From: the human T2T-CHM13v2.0 reference genome, Homo sapiens
Reading direction: 5' to 3' (one strand)
DNA: 64,000 nucleotides
Assembly (NCBI RefSeq): GCF_009914755.1
Contig: NC_060928.1
Shown: positions 1 to 16,340 of the stretch, in pieces
Numbering within the stretch: position 1 is the first letter of the stretch
Layout of the letters: each line of letters starts with the position of its first letter
Made by a program: the position numbers and the translations under genes
Notes under the pieces: model-generated
Told to the model about the DNA's origin: nothing
What the model saw: the letters and a program-made list of their open reading frames with translations, nothing else
Databases searched by the model: none

Positions 1-3000
1 AGAAGAACTCATTTTTAATTTAAATGTGGGCTTTATAGACAAGAATAAGAAGCTCTGATTGCAGCTAATTTCAGCAAATTAAAAAGAGCCTGCGGGGAAA
101 ACTGACTGGTAATGATGAAATGCAATCAAGTGAGCAACAGTATCGATCTTCAAACACAAAGCTGAGCAGATAATAAAATACAGTTTGAAAAAAACCATTC
201 ATTTTTATTATAGGATATAGCAGATGCTGGTTTAAGTACTAGAATAAAACAAAAAGCCTATTGATTATTACAGCTTGTACTGACAACATTGTATATACAT
301 AGCTGGCATCGTTTGTAGCAGTTTGCTCGTGTCCTCAGGCAGGGTACTAACCCAGAATGGGCACCCAGCCACTTTCTTCTGAACAGAATCTCATGCATTA
401 AATATTTATGTTTCAGTGAGTAAGGAAAAGAGAAGGAAATCAAACATTCCTCCTGCGTGTGCGTGGAACTTTTGTCGAACTATAAACACAGCATGAGCAC
501 AAACCCTTCTACTACGCCCTTCAATACTTCCCTTGTCTTTGTTTGATTGGCAAAATGTCTCCTAGCAAGGAGTTTCTGAATTAGGCCAAAACAAAGACTT
601 GAAATAAATGTTATCTTAACTCTTAAACAGAAATATTATTTTTAGGATTACTTCTTACAGCAGAGCAGAAGCTTGTTTAGTAGAGAAAAGGATGCTGTCA
701 GATTCTCAGGGTTTAGAAGCAGGACTTTAGACAGAAGGTAGAACTATTTAGACAGAGGAAGTATAAAGGGTTCTAAAATGAATGGGAATGAGGCAGGGTG
801 ATTTCAAGAAAAAAATACTGAACTTATCCCTAGAGAATATAAGCATTTTCATTCCTTCCTTCCTTTCATTCCTTCCTTCCTTTACTCATTCATTCAAAAA
901 ATTGTATAGATTCCCAGTAGAGGCATAACCAGGCTGGAACCTTCAAAGTCAGAAGTCTGGCAGGGCCTGGGTCACTGTTGGTGAGAGACCACTCTTCTGT
1001 CTTCTTGACATGTTCCTGGCCTTGTTTCCACACTGTTTCCTGTTACAACCTTTCATCAAAATCTTTTTTTTATTATTTTTTTATTACCATAGGTTATTGG
1101 GAAACAGGTGGTGCTTGGCTACATGAGTAAGTTCTTTAGTGGTGATTTGTGAGATTCTGGTGCACCCATCACCCAAGCAGTATATACACTGCACAAAATT
1201 TGTTGTCTTTAATCCCCCATCCCCTTCCCACACTTTCCCTCTGAATCCCCAAAGTCCATTGTGTCATTCTTATGCCTTTTCATCCTCATAGTTTAGCTCC
1301 CACTTATGAGTGAGAATATATGATGTTTGGTTTTCCATTCCTGAATTACTATTACTTAGAATAGTAGTCTCTAATCTTATTCAGGTCTCTGTGAATGCCA
1401 TTAATTCATTCCTTTTTATGGCTGAATAATATTCCATTGCATATATATACTACAGTTTACTTTTCCACTCGTTGATTGATGGGCATTTCGGTTGGTTCCA
1501 CGTTTTTGCACTTGCAAATTGTGCTGCTATAAATGTGCATGTCCAAGTATCTTTTTCATATAATGACTTCGTTTCCTCTGGGTAGACAGCAACTAGTGAA
1601 ATTATTGGATCAAATGGTAGTTCTACTTTTAGTTCTTTAAGGAATCTACACATTGTTTTTCATAGTGGTTGTACTAGTTTACATTCCCACCAGCAGTGTA
1701 GAAGTGTTCCCTGTTCACCACATCCATGCCAACATCTGTCATTTTTTTGATTTTTTGATTATGGCCATTCTTGCAGGAGTAAGGTGGTATCACATTGTGG
1801 TTTTGATTTGCATTGCCCTGATCATTAGTACATTTTTTCATGTGTTTGTTGGCCATTTGTAGATCTTCTTTTGAGAATTGTCTGTTCATGTCCTTGGCCC
1901 ACTTTTTGATGGGACTGTTTTTTCTTGCTAATTTGTTTGAGTTCATTGTAGATTCTGGATATTAGTCCTTTGTCAGATGTATAGATTGTGAAGATTTTCT
2001 CCCATTCTTTGGGTTGTCTGTTTATTCTGCTGACTGTTCTTTTTGCTGTGCAAAAGCTCTTTAGTTCAATTAAGTCCCAGCTATTTATAATTATATAATT
2101 ATTATAATTGTTTTTATTACATTTGCTTTTAAGTTCTTGGTCTTGAAATCCTTGCCTAAGCCAGTGTCTAGAGAGGTTTCTCCAATGTTATCTTCTAGAA
2201 TTTTTATAGTTTCAGGGCATAGATTTAAGTCCTTGATCCATGTTCAGTTGATTTTTGTATAAGGTGAGAGATGAGGATCCAGTTTCATTCTCCTACCTGT
2301 GGCTAGCCAATTATCCCAGCACCATTTTGTTGAATAGTGTGTCCTTTCCCCATTTTATGTTTTTGTTTGCTTTGTCAAAGATCAGTTGGCTGTAAATATT
2401 TGGGTTTATTTCTGGGTTCTCTATTCTGTTCCATTGGTCTATGTGCCTATTGTTATACCAGTACCATGCTGTTTCAGTGACTATGGCCTTATAGTATAGT
2501 TTGAAATCAGGTAGTGTGATGCCTCCAGGTTTGTTCTTTTTGCTTAGTCTTGCTTTGACTATGTGGGCTCTTTTTTTGGTTCCATATGAATTTTAGGTTT
2601 TTTTTTCTAGTTCTGTGAAGAATGATGTTGGTATTTTGATGGGAATTGCGTTGAATTTGTAGATTGCTTTTAGCAGTATGGTTATTTTCACAATATTGAT
2701 TCTACCCATCCATGAGCATGGGATGTGTTTCCATTTGTTGGTGTCATCTATGATTTCTTTCAGCAGTGTTTTGTAGTTTTCCTTGTAGAGGTCCATCACC
2801 TCCTTGGTTAGGTATATTCCTAAGTATTTTATTGTTTTTTGCAGCTATTGTAAAAAGGGTTGAGTTCTTGATTTGATTCTCTGCTTGTTCGTTGTTGGTG
2901 TATAGAAAAGCTACTGATTTGCATACATTAACCTTGTATCCAGAAACTTCGCTAAATTATTTTATCAGTTCTAGGAGCTTTCTGGAGAAGTCTTTAGGGT

Positions 3001-3686
3001 TTTCTAGGTAAACAATCATATCATCAGCAGACAGCGACAGTTTGACCTCCTCGTTACTAATTTGGATGCCCTTTATTTCTTTCTCTTATCTGATTGTTCT
3101 GGCTAGGACTTCTAGTACTGTGTTGAAGAGGAGTGGTGAGGTGGGCATCCCTGCTTGTTCCAGTTCTCAGAGGGAATGCTTTCAACTTTTCCCCATTCAG
3201 TATTCTACTGACTGTGGGTTTGTCACAGATGGCTTCTTTACATTGAGGTATGTCCCTTGTATGCCAATTTTGCTGACAGTTTTAATCATAAAGGGATGCC
3301 GGGTTTTGTCAAATGCTTTTTCTGCATCTATGGAGATAATCATGTGATTTTTGTCTTTAATTCTGTTTATGTGGTGTATCACATTTGTTGACTTGCATGT
3401 GTTAAACCACCCCTGCATCCTAGTATGAAACACACTTGATCATCGTGGGTTATCTTTTTGATATGTTGTTGGATTCGGTTAGCTAGTCTTTTGTTAAGGA
3501 ATTTTACATATGTGTTCCTCAAGGATATTGGTCGGTAGTTTTCTTTTTTTGGTTATGTCCTTTCCTGGTTTTGGTATTAGGGTGATACTGACTTCACAGA
3601 ATGATTTAGGGAGGACTCCCTCTTTCTCTATCTTGTGGAATAGAGTCAATAGGATTGGCACCAATTCTTCTTTGAATGTCTGGTAG

Positions 3687-4028
<342 letters not shown>

Positions 4029-4929
4029 TTGGTAATTTTTTTATTGCCATTTCAATCTTGCTGCTGCTTATTGGTCTGTTCAAGGTATCTAATTCTTCTT
4101 GATTTAAGCTAGGCAGATTGTATCTTTTCAGGAATTTATCTGTCTCCTCTAGGTTTTCTGGTTTATGTGCCTAAAGGTGCTTATAGTAGCCTTGAATGAT
4201 CTTTTGTATTTCAGTGGTGTCAGTTGTAATCTCTCCTGTTTCATTTCTTATTGAGCTTATTTGGATTTTCTCTCTTCTTTTCTTGGTTAATCTTGCTAAT
4301 GGTCTATCAATTTTATTTATCTTTTCAAAGAAACAGCTTTTTGTTTCATTGATCTTTTGCATTTGTTTGTTCATTTGTTTCAACTTCATTAAGTTCTGCT
4401 CTGATCTTGGTTATTTCCTTTCTTCTGCTGGGTTTGAGTTTGGTTTGTTCTTGTTTCTCTAGCTGCTTGAGGTGTGACCTTAGAATGTCTGTTTGTGCTC
4501 TTTCAGACTTTTTGATGTAGGTGTTTAGGGCTATAAACTTTCCTCTTAGTATTGCCTTTGCTATAGCCCAGAGGTTTGGGTAGGTTGTGTCATTATTCAT
4601 TCAGTTTGAAGAATTTTTTAATTTCCATCTCGATTTCATTTTTGACCCAATGCTCACTCAGAAGCAGGTTATTTAATTTCCATGTATTTGCATAGTTTCG
4701 AAGGTTCCTTTTGGAGTTAATTTCCAGTTTTATTCCACTGTAGTCTGAGAGAGTGCTTGATATAATTTCAATTTTCTTAATTTTATTGAGGCTCATTTTG
4801 TGGCCTATCATATGGTCTACCTTGGAGAAAGTTCTATGTGCTGATGAAGAGAATGCATATTCTGTGGTTGTTGAGTAGAATGTTCTGTAAATATCTGTCA
4901 ATATCCATTTTTTCCAGGGTATAGTTTAA

Positions 4930-5247
<318 letters not shown>

Positions 5248-5804
5248 TGACTTTCTATCTTGATGACCTGTCTAGTGCTGTCAGTGGAGTATTGAAGTCC
5301 CCCACTATTATTGTGTTGCTGTCTTTATCATTCCTTAGGTCTATTAGTAATTGTTTTATAAATTTAAGAGCACCAGTGTTAGGTGCATATATATTTAGGA
5401 TTATGATATTTTCCTGTTGGACAAGGCCTTTTAGCATTATATAATGTCCCTCTTTGTCTTTTTTAACTGCTGTTGCTTTAAAGTTTGTTTTGTCTGATAT
5501 AAGAATAGCTACTCCTGCTTACTTTTGGTTTCCATTTGCATGGAATATCTTTTTCCACCCATTTACCTTAAGTTGATGTGTCTTTATCTGTTAAGTGAGT
5601 CTCTTGAAAGGCAGCAGATAGTTGGTTGGTGAATTCTTATCAATTCTGCAATTCTGCCTCTTTTAAGTGGAGCATTTACGCTATTTACATTAAATGCTAG
5701 TAGTGAGATGTGCGGTACCATTCCATTCATTGTGCTATTTGTTGTCTGTATACCTTGGTTGTTTTTTTTTTAATTGTATTTTTGTTTGATAGGTCCCGTG
5801 AGAT

Positions 5805-6833
5805 TTATGCTTTAAAGAGGTTCTGTTTTGATGTGTTTCCAGGATTTGTTTCAAGATTTAGAGTTCCTTTTAGCAGTTCTCGTAGTGCTGGCTTGGTAGT
5901 GGTGAATTCTCTCAGCATTTGTTTGTCTGAAAAAGATTTTATCTTTCCTTCATTTATGAAGTTTAGTTTCACTGGATACAAAATTCTTGGCTGATAATTG
6001 TTTTTGCTTAAGGAGGCTGAAGATAGGGCCACAATCCCTTCTAGCTTGTAGGGTTTCTGCTGAGAAATCTGCTGTTAATCTAATAGGTTTTCCTTTATAG
6101 GTTACCTGGTGCTTCTGTCTCACAGCTCTTAAGATTCTTTCCTTCATCTTAATTTAGATAATCTGATGACAACGTGCATAGGTGATGATCTTTTTGTGTT
6201 TAATTTCCCAGGTGTTCTTTGTGCTTCTTGTGTTTGGATGTCTAGGTGTCTAGCAAGGATGAGGAAGTTTTCCTTGATTATTCCCCCAAATATGTTTTCC
6301 AAACTTTTAGATTTCTCTTCTTCCTCAGGAAGGCCAATTATTCTTAGGTTTGGTCATTTAACATAATCCTAGACTTCTTGGAGGCTTTGTTCATATTTTC
6401 TTCTTTTTTCTTTGCCTTTGCAGGATTGGGCTAATTTGAAAGCCTTGTCTTCAAGCTCTGAAGTTCTTTCTTCTGCTTGTTCGAGTCTATTGCTGAGATT
6501 TTCCAGAGCGTTTTGCATTTCTATAAGTGTGTCCATTGTTTCCTGAAGTTTCGATTCTTTTTTATTTATGCTATCTATTTCCTTGAACATTTCTGCCCTC
6601 ATTTCTTGTGTCATTTCTTTGACTTCCTTAAATTGGGCCTTGCCTTTCTCTGGTGCCTCCCTGATTAGCTTAATAACTAATCTTCTGAATTCTTTTTCAG
6701 GTAAATCAGGGATTTCTCCTTGGTTTGAATCGAAGTGAGCTAGTGTGATTTTGGGGGGTGTTAAAGAACCTTGTTTTGTCATATTACCAGGGTTGGTTTT
6801 CTGGTTCCTTCTCATTTGGGTAGGCTCTGTCAA
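5805..6833 (-). pseudogene. L1 ORF1p remnant, frameshifted
   Basis: ORF-track peptides MRRNQKTNPGNMTKQGSLTPPK..., KERILRAVRQKHQVTYKGKPIRLTADFS and YQPRILYPVKLNFINEGKIKSFSDKQML match ORF1p. Confidence 0.9.
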
Positions 6834-8072
6834 GAGGGAAGGTCTAGAGCTGAAGGCTGTTGTTCAGAGTCTTTTGTCCCACGGGGTGTTCCCTTGATGT
6901 AGTACTCTCCCCCTTTTCCTAGGGATGTGGCTTTCTGGGAGCCAAGCTGTAGTGATTGTTATCTCCCTTCTGGGTCTAGCCACCCAGCAAGTCTACCCGG
7001 CTCTGGGTTGTCTGCAGAGTCCTGTGATGTGAACCATCTGTAAGTCTCCCAGCCGTGCATACCAGCATCTGCTCTGGTGGAGGTGGCAGGAGGGTGAAAT
7101 GGACTCTGTGAGGGTCCTTATCTTTGGTTGTTTAATGCACGATTTTTGTGCTGTTTGGGCTCCTGCCAGGAGGTGGCGTTTTCAAGAGCACATCAGCTGT
7201 GGAAGTATAGGGAGGAACAGGTGGTGGTCAGGGCCCTGGAACTCCCAAGAGGATATGCCCTTTGTCTTCAGCTACCCGGGTGGGTAGGGAGGGCCATTAG
7301 GTGGGGACACGGCTAGGCATGTCTGAGCTCAGACTCTCTGTGGGTGCGTCTTGCTGTGGCTGCTGTAGGGGATGGGGGTGAGATTCCCAGGTTAATGGAG
7401 TGATGTTACTAGGAGGATTATGGCTGCCTCTGCTGTGTCATGCAGCTTATCAGAGAAGTGGGGGAAAGCCACAGTCACAGGCCTCATCCAGCTCCCATGC
7501 AACCCAAAGGGCCAATCTCACTCCCACCATGCCCCCGCAACAGCACCAAATCTGTTTCCAGGCAGTGGGTGACAGGGCTGAGAACTCGCCCCAGGCTCCC
7601 CACCTCCCAGCTGTGAAAGCAAGTAGGGCTTTCATGCTTCCCCTACTGTGGAGTCTGACTCGCGCCCTCCCCCGGGTTCTGGCCAGGAGACTTCTCCATC
7701 AGCTCAAATTGTTACAAAGTTCAGCTGGAGGTTTCCTTCTCCCTGTGGCCTTCTCCCAGTGCCTCTGGCAGCCCTCCTCAAGGCCCCCGTGAGGCAGGGC
7801 AGAAATGGCTTGCTACGGGACCCATCGAGCGAGCCCATAGGGCTCTTCCTGCTGCTTCCTCTACCCCTGTATTTCACTTGGCTCTCTAAATTGACTCAGC
7901 TCCAGGTAAGGTCAGAATCTTCTTCCGTGATCTAGACCTTCAGGGTTCCCAGTGAAGGTGTGTATTTGGGGGCAGACAATCCTGCTTTCCCACTTCCGCA
8001 GTTTGGGCACTCACAGTATTTGAGGTATCTCCCGGCTCCTGCAGGAGCAATCCACTTCCCTCAGAGGGTCTA

Positions 8073-8965
<893 letters not shown>

Positions 8966-9076
8966 TGTGTAAGTAATTAATTGGGAATTTTTTAAGTGAA
9001 TATATTGTCCGCAAAAAGTTTGTGAAGCAGCTTATATCCACTATTCACTTTTTACTTAAATAAATTTACGCCTATT

Positions 9077-9434
<358 letters not shown>

Positions 9435-9934
9435 TAAAATACCTGAGATTCTTTCACTGCGAATCCTTCCAAGTACCTATGTTTTTATAATACCCTATGT
9501 TTCTTTACCACATCAATTATAGTTACGGTTATAAACAAATTAATAATTGGAATAATTATCTATTTTTGTCTTTTCTTACAGACTGTAAGCTCGTGTGTGC
9601 AGATTGAGTGCTTGAACACTCAGCACATAACTGAGATGCCAGAAAATACTTTCATTAAATAATTACTATAATCATATAAGCTTTATTCACTTACTATAAT
9701 ATGAATATTTCTCATATCACCAAACTTTTGCGTTCTACACTTTTGTATAGTTGCAATATCCTGCTGTTGACTAATGAAGTTCTTCCAAGTTTCAAGAATG
9801 AATTTTTATTCTACATAAAAATGTTCCTATTTGCTTAAATAGTTAACTTACAGGGATTTCTTAGGTCCCTGGGCTGCTGTCTTATCTCAGTGTAAATAAT
9901 AGTGAAATGGAGTCTTTTAAAGTGTCTCCTAATA

Positions 9935-10383
9935 TGTTGTGAGTTGATTTATGTCCCTGAAAAAAGGTATGTTGAAGTCCTAACCCCTGGCACCTTAGAA
10001 TGTGACCTTATTTGGAAATAGGGTCATCGCAGATGTAGTTAGTTAAGACAAGCTCATACTGGTGTGTAGGGGTGGGCCCTTAATCCAATATAGTAACTTG
10101 AATCCTTATTTAGAAAGAGAAGGCATGTGAAGAGACAGACACATACACAGAGAGACTCCCTGCAAGGACTGCAGTTATGCTGCCTCCAGCCAAGCCACTA
10201 CCAGAGGCCAGGAGAGAGGCTTGGAAGAGATCCTGCCCCAGGATCCTCAGAGGGAACATGGCCCTGCTGACTCCTTGATCTTGGACTTCTGGCACCTCCA
10301 TAACTGTGAGATAATAAATTGCTGTTGCTCTAAGCCACCTACTTTGTGATACTTTGTGACAATGGTCCTAGGAAAATAATCCA
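9935..10383 (+). mobile_element. MaLR solo LTR (MLT1B/C-like)
   Basis: TATGTTGAAGTCCTAACCCC...GAATGTGACCTTATTTGGAAATAGGGTC...ACTGTGAGATAATAAATT; TG...CA termini. Confidence 0.85.
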
Positions 10384-10511
10384 TCGTCAGAGACAGCTAA
10401 ACTACACTTGCTCATCTGGGCAGAAGTTGTGCAGATCCATCTTAATCATACCCCAGAGCCATTGCTGTGATGCCCACAAAGCTGGATCTCAAGTCACAGG
10501 GACAAGAGATA

Positions 10512-10928
10512 AAGGGGTAATTTACAAAATTAAACACAGCCTGCCCAGTTACAGTTCAATTTTAGGAAATCATATTATATAATACTGGAACATACTTATA
10601 CTTAAAAAAAAAAAGGTGTTGTTCAAGGTCAGGAGTTCGAGACCAGCCTGGCCAACATGATGAAACCCCCATCTCTACTAAAAATACAAAAATTATCCGG
10701 GCGGGGTGACAGGTGCCTGTAGTCCCAGCTACTCCGGAGGCTGAGGCAGGGAATCGCTTGAACTCAGGAGGCAGAGGTTGCAGTGAGCCAAGATCGCACC
10801 ACTGCACTCCAGCCTGGGTGACAGAGTGAGACTCTGTCTCAAGACAAAAAAAAAAAGGTGTCGTCTATCTGAAATTCAAATATAACTGGGCATCCTATGT
10901 TTTTATTTGCTAAATCTGACAACCCTAG
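10512..10928. mobile_element. MER33-like DNA transposon split by a 5'-truncated Alu (10625-10856, +)
   Basis: Ends in TATCTGAAATTCAAATATAACTGGGCATCC...TTTGCTAAATCTGACAACCCT; the Alu is flanked by AAAAAAAAAAGGTGT(T/C)GT. Confidence 0.75.
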
Positions 10929-11408
10929 GAAGGCGACCAGCAGGAGGTAAACATGCCCTTGGGACGTGCTAGGGCAGGCGATGTCTTCACTTCTGAGCAC
11001 TCACCCTGGCGGTCCACACTTAACAGGAGTTGGCCCAGAGAGACGGAAGCAATCCATGCAAATCCCCTCTCAGGCTCAGTGAGATGCATTTGGAAAAGGT
11101 GAAAAAGATGTGCCTCAGAGAATCAGAGAAGCAAAAAGAGTGACTGCTAGAAGACTGTTGTAAAATGAGTGGGTAAAGCCCTGTTGGAAATGGAAGAAGA
11201 TAAGAAAATAAAAACAAATCCTCCTATTGCCATTACTTGTGCTTTGTGACATTGTTTATTAACCAAGTAGAAATATTACCTTAAAATACCAGAGATTATA
11301 ACTAAGACACTGGAAGAGGGATGTAAGAAAGAATGTTTAGTTTCTGTTTACTACTAGAAGAGGCTCAAGAAAATGTTGAAGTGTAACACAGAAATGAAAA
11401 TGTATTTT

Positions 11409-11905
<497 letters not shown>

Positions 11906-13799
11906 TTATTTGATGTTTGTGATAGAGAGGATGATGGAAGGGCCCAAAGTTAGATAAATTCAAGAAGCTCGCAAAAGAACGTGCACTTCTGGGTGTTCAG
12001 ACAAATGGATCTGGCAGACACAAAGCCCAGAGGCTGCAGGTGAACTAGCTTGAGGATAATGAATAGAAAATGCAAACTACCCCCAAAAAGAGTGACACAA
12101 GGAAAATGACGTTCTGAAGTAGGAAAGGGGCCAAAAACAGGAAAGACGGAAGCAGGTAAGTTTGATAATGATGCTGAAAAGGCCTAAACAGGATTTTGAC
12201 GCAAGAGATAGAATTACTTTCCCAAATTGCAGGGTTCAGCATCCAGAATTCAGTTGTCAAGGTTGAATTCAAATTTGGGTTAGGATTATCCCAAACAAAA
12301 ATGATAAGGAACACTCCTACATTATTGTGGGAATAAATCCAAGGGAATTTACTTAGGCTGGGGAAAGTATGTTTAAAACTCAGTAGCTCCCATTTCAATG
12401 GCAAAGACACAGTAATTTTCCTAAAACAAGAGGCCTGCTGTGCATTTTCTAGTAAGAACCTACAAAACTGAAGCTGGTGAATAAATCATTTAAATCAAGG
12501 AAAGGAGATACGCTGCAACGCTTAAAGCATCCTAGAGGAGTGTGACTGTCAAAAATACCTTCTGATTATGTGACGTGTTTAAGACTGGAGCTCTCACGAA
12601 GGATCCATTTGACCACTGTGCAATCTAAGCGTGAGGAGAGTGTGAAGGTCAGTGATCTTTCTGCTAATACTGAACATGTCTCAGACTACGCCACCGGAGA
12701 CAGGGAGTTGCATCAGGAAACACCAAAGGAAGAGCAAAAGGAGAAGCTGAAAACACAAGAAAACCAAATGCATTTATAAAAAAAAAAAGAAGAAGAAACA
12801 TCAAGCTGCCTTCTTCAGGTCTAGGAGACTGTGCATTGAATTTGCACAGAAGTTTCTAGCGTGATGGATGAAACCTGGTTGCCATCCAACCAGGAAAAAG
12901 AAAAAGCAACATTAAATGTCGCCAGGGCCTTTTCCCTGCAGTAATAACACAACTGGGAAGGATATCCTGAATATAGCACATAAACATGTTCTTTCTGCTT
13001 CTTGCTAGCAGGAGATACAAACAGCCTCTTCCACGTTTTCATGTTCATGTTTATTAAAGTCACAGACATAAAATGTTAAGGTTCTAAAGAATGAAAATGT
13101 CAGTGTTGGTATAAAAGTATGAACACCTTGCACAGGTTATTTTAGGAGGAAAATTTGATCACGGCACCATATATTTTCATATATATTTTAGGATTATCCA
13201 CCACCATAAATGACATTTCTCAGACAACTGTAAATAGATCACTGCACATTGCAGTCATTTGTTCACTGAGCATGCACAGCCAGGTGCTGTGGAGGGAACA
13301 AACATGAAAACAAACACACACAAATGTGGGGCCCGCCTGCCTTCAAGCTCCAAGAGCCAGACTCTCTAATGAGCCATTAAGCATGATCAGAAACACAAAA
13401 CGGAAACAAAACCACACCGTAATTTAAGATAAAAAGTGATTAAGTGTCATTAGAGAAGCAGAGGTAAACTGTAACCAGAGTTCTGAGAAGAGTGTCCAGG
13501 GACCAGCTGAGAGGCCGTCAGCGTTGCACGAAGCCTTGCTGCCTGCTTCAAGGACATCTGGTCTGCCGGCATCTGAGGGAAGAGGCTGAACAAAGTATTT
13601 CCTTAGCACAAACAGAAAAATAAATACTTTGGGTTATGTAGGATATTGACATTGGTGTTCATGTACTTAGTAGGTCTCATACTGTTTTGCTGTAATAACC
13701 CCAGTGGTGAAGAAAAGCAAATGTATACCCCTAGTCAATGTGGGGTGACGGCCCAAGCATCCTGTCTCAAACAAAACATGTTTTTGCTGTCTCTTTTGT

Positions 13800-14083
<284 letters not shown>

Positions 14084-14164
14084 TGAATGTTTCACATTTA
14101 ATCTCAAAAATTCATGTAAATTGTTCATTCTACTGCATATCATATCCTAGTTCAGTTAAAATGG

Positions 14165-14925
14165 AATCGTTAGTTATCAGGAAAATAAAAATAAAAACCA
14201 TAATAAGATACCACTTTATAACCACTAGTATAGCTATAATAAAAAAGACAGATAATAACAAGTGTTGGCAAGGATGTGGGGAGGTTGGACTCTTCTCATA
14301 CATTGCAGGTGGGAATGTAAAATTCTGCAGCTGCTTTGGAAAACAGTCTAGCAATTCCCCAAATGGTGAAATATAGACTTACCATATGACCCAGAAATTC
14401 CACTCCTAGGTATCTACCCAAGAAAAATGAAAACCCATGTCCACACAAAAACTTGTATACAAATGCTCATAGCAACATTATTATAATAGCCAAAAGCGGA
14501 AACAACCCAAATATCTATCAACTGACTAATGGATAAACAAAATGTGATGTATTCACATGATGGAATATGATTTGGCTATGAAAACGAATGCTTCAACCTG
14601 GATGAACCTTGGAAACGGTAAGTGAAATAAGTCAGTCACAAAGGACTGTATATTTTATGATTCCATTCACGTGAAATGTCCGGAATAGGTAAATCTATAG
14701 ACAGATAGTAGATTAGTGGTTGCCTAGAGCCAGAAAGAACAGGGAAATACAGAGGTGATGAACAAAGAGAATAGGTTTCTTTTTGGGGTGATGAAAATGC
14801 TCTAAAATTGAATGTGGTGGTGATTGCACGGCTCTGAATAGACTAAAAATCATTGAATTGTACACTTTATATGGGTAAATTGTATGATGTGTGAATTCTA
14901 TTTCAATACAGTTGTTGCAAAAAAA
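14165..14925 (+). mobile_element. L1M (L1MB-like) 3' end
   Basis: ORF2 C-terminal remnant (KKTDNNKCWQGCGE) followed by an L1MB-type 3'UTR. Confidence 0.85.
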
Positions 14926-14939
14926 GAAATTTATATTTT

Positions 14940-15100
14940 TAAAATTTTGTTTTTAGAGACAGGGTCTCCAATCTGTCACCCAGATTGGAGTGCAGTGGCG
15001 ATCATGACACTGCAGCCTGGAACTCCTGGCCCCAAGCGATCCTCCCTCCCCGCTCAGCCTCTCAAAGTGTGATTACAGGCATTAGCCACCTTGCCTGGCC
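14940..15100 (-). mobile_element. Partial old Alu/monomer
   Basis: Alu-like sequence, internally deleted. Confidence 0.7.
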
Positions 15101-15643
15101 TAAAATGGAATTTTTAAATCCTATGCTTAAAAAAAAAAAAAAACTGAAATAGCACATGCTCAGCTTGACAAAGGCGACTAATAGAAAAATTTCTGAAGGA
15201 AAACAGGCAAGTCTGCCATATCCCCTCCCCCGAGGTTATTAAAAGTTAGCAGTTTGGAACATACTTGCCAGCCTTTTTCTATGCTTTTACCTACTAAATG
15301 TGCACTTAGACGTTTATGTACGTGCATTTATGCAACCTTGTTTCTAAGAAAATTAAATAATTTGCTGCCAGCATACTCATACCCTCCCCATTCTTTCTGC
15401 GAAGTGGCTACTTCCTATACCACTGGAACAAAAGTCGTGTGCGTAACCCAACATGAGAAGCGCACGATTTAGTTCAGTGTTCTCCGTCCTCCACGGTTCG
15501 CAGTTGTCACCTCCAAGGCCTCTGAGGATGAAGGACTGGGACAGGCAGAGGCAGAGCCCCTGCCGGGAAGCAGAGAACATTAAGGTGGCAGCCTCAGCCC
15601 TGCCTCTCCACTTGCCCAGGCCAGCGTTCTCAGCGCACCTGCC

Positions 15644-15770
15644 GCGCCACACCCCCCGTGCCACACCCCCCTGTGCCACACAACCCCCGTGCCACACAAC
15701 CCCCGTGCCACACGGCCAACACACGCCACACGCCCCCGCGCCACACGCCCCCGCGCCACACGGCCCCCAC
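15644..15770. repeat. GC-rich minisatellite, 8 copies of a GCCACAC core with C-runs (13-20 bp units), inside a CpG-enriched patch (~15480-15990)
   Basis: Units begin near 15644, 15658, 15673, 15689, 15705, 15723, 15738 and 15753. Confidence 0.9.
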
Positions 15771-16044
15771 GCGCCTGCTGCTGCTTCCTGCCCTGGCACC
15801 TGTCCTCCGCTCTCTTCTCTCTGTGCCGCCCTCTTCCATTGAGTGCTGCCGCTTACCCAGAGCCGAAACGTCATCTGCCCCTGGGATTTCCGTGGCTGTT
15901 CTGAGTCCCACACATTCATCTCCCTCCAGTCCTGGAGGCCTCTAGGACTGCGGTAGGGAGGGGAAAGCCGCCGCGAGTGGGCCAGCTTGTCAGTCACCAA
16001 ACCCCCTGCATTAGGACTAATTCTTACCTCATATGACTTGTTTC

Positions 16045-16340
16045 CTTTTGCTTTTAGAGACGGAGTCTCGCTCTGTCGTCCACACTGCAGTGCAGTGGTG
16101 TCATCGCAGCTCACTGTAGCCTTGAACTTCTGGGCTCAAGCGATCCTCTTGCCTCCGCCTCCCCACTAGCTAGGACTACAGGCAGGCACCACCACGCCTG
16201 GCCAAGATTTTATTTTATTTTTTGTAGGGATGGTCTCACTATGCTGCCCAGGCTGTGTGGTCCAAACTCCTGGCCTTAAGTGATCCTCCCACCTCGGCCT
16301 TTCAAGGTGCTGGGGTTCCAGGCATGAGCCACTGCAGCTT
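16045..16340 (-). mobile_element. Alu (AluJ-like)
   Basis: Diverged full dimer. Confidence 0.88.

Noticed and set aside
2084-2112. AT-only palindromic patch in the L1PB
   Set aside because: Low-complexity (ATA/TAT) slippage; too short and too AT-rich to be meaningful.
15377-16114. 245-aa minus-strand ORF and overlapping 93-129 aa ORFs
   Set aside because: It starts inside an Alu and stays open only because the GC-rich minisatellite lacks stops; low-complexity product with no recognisable domain.
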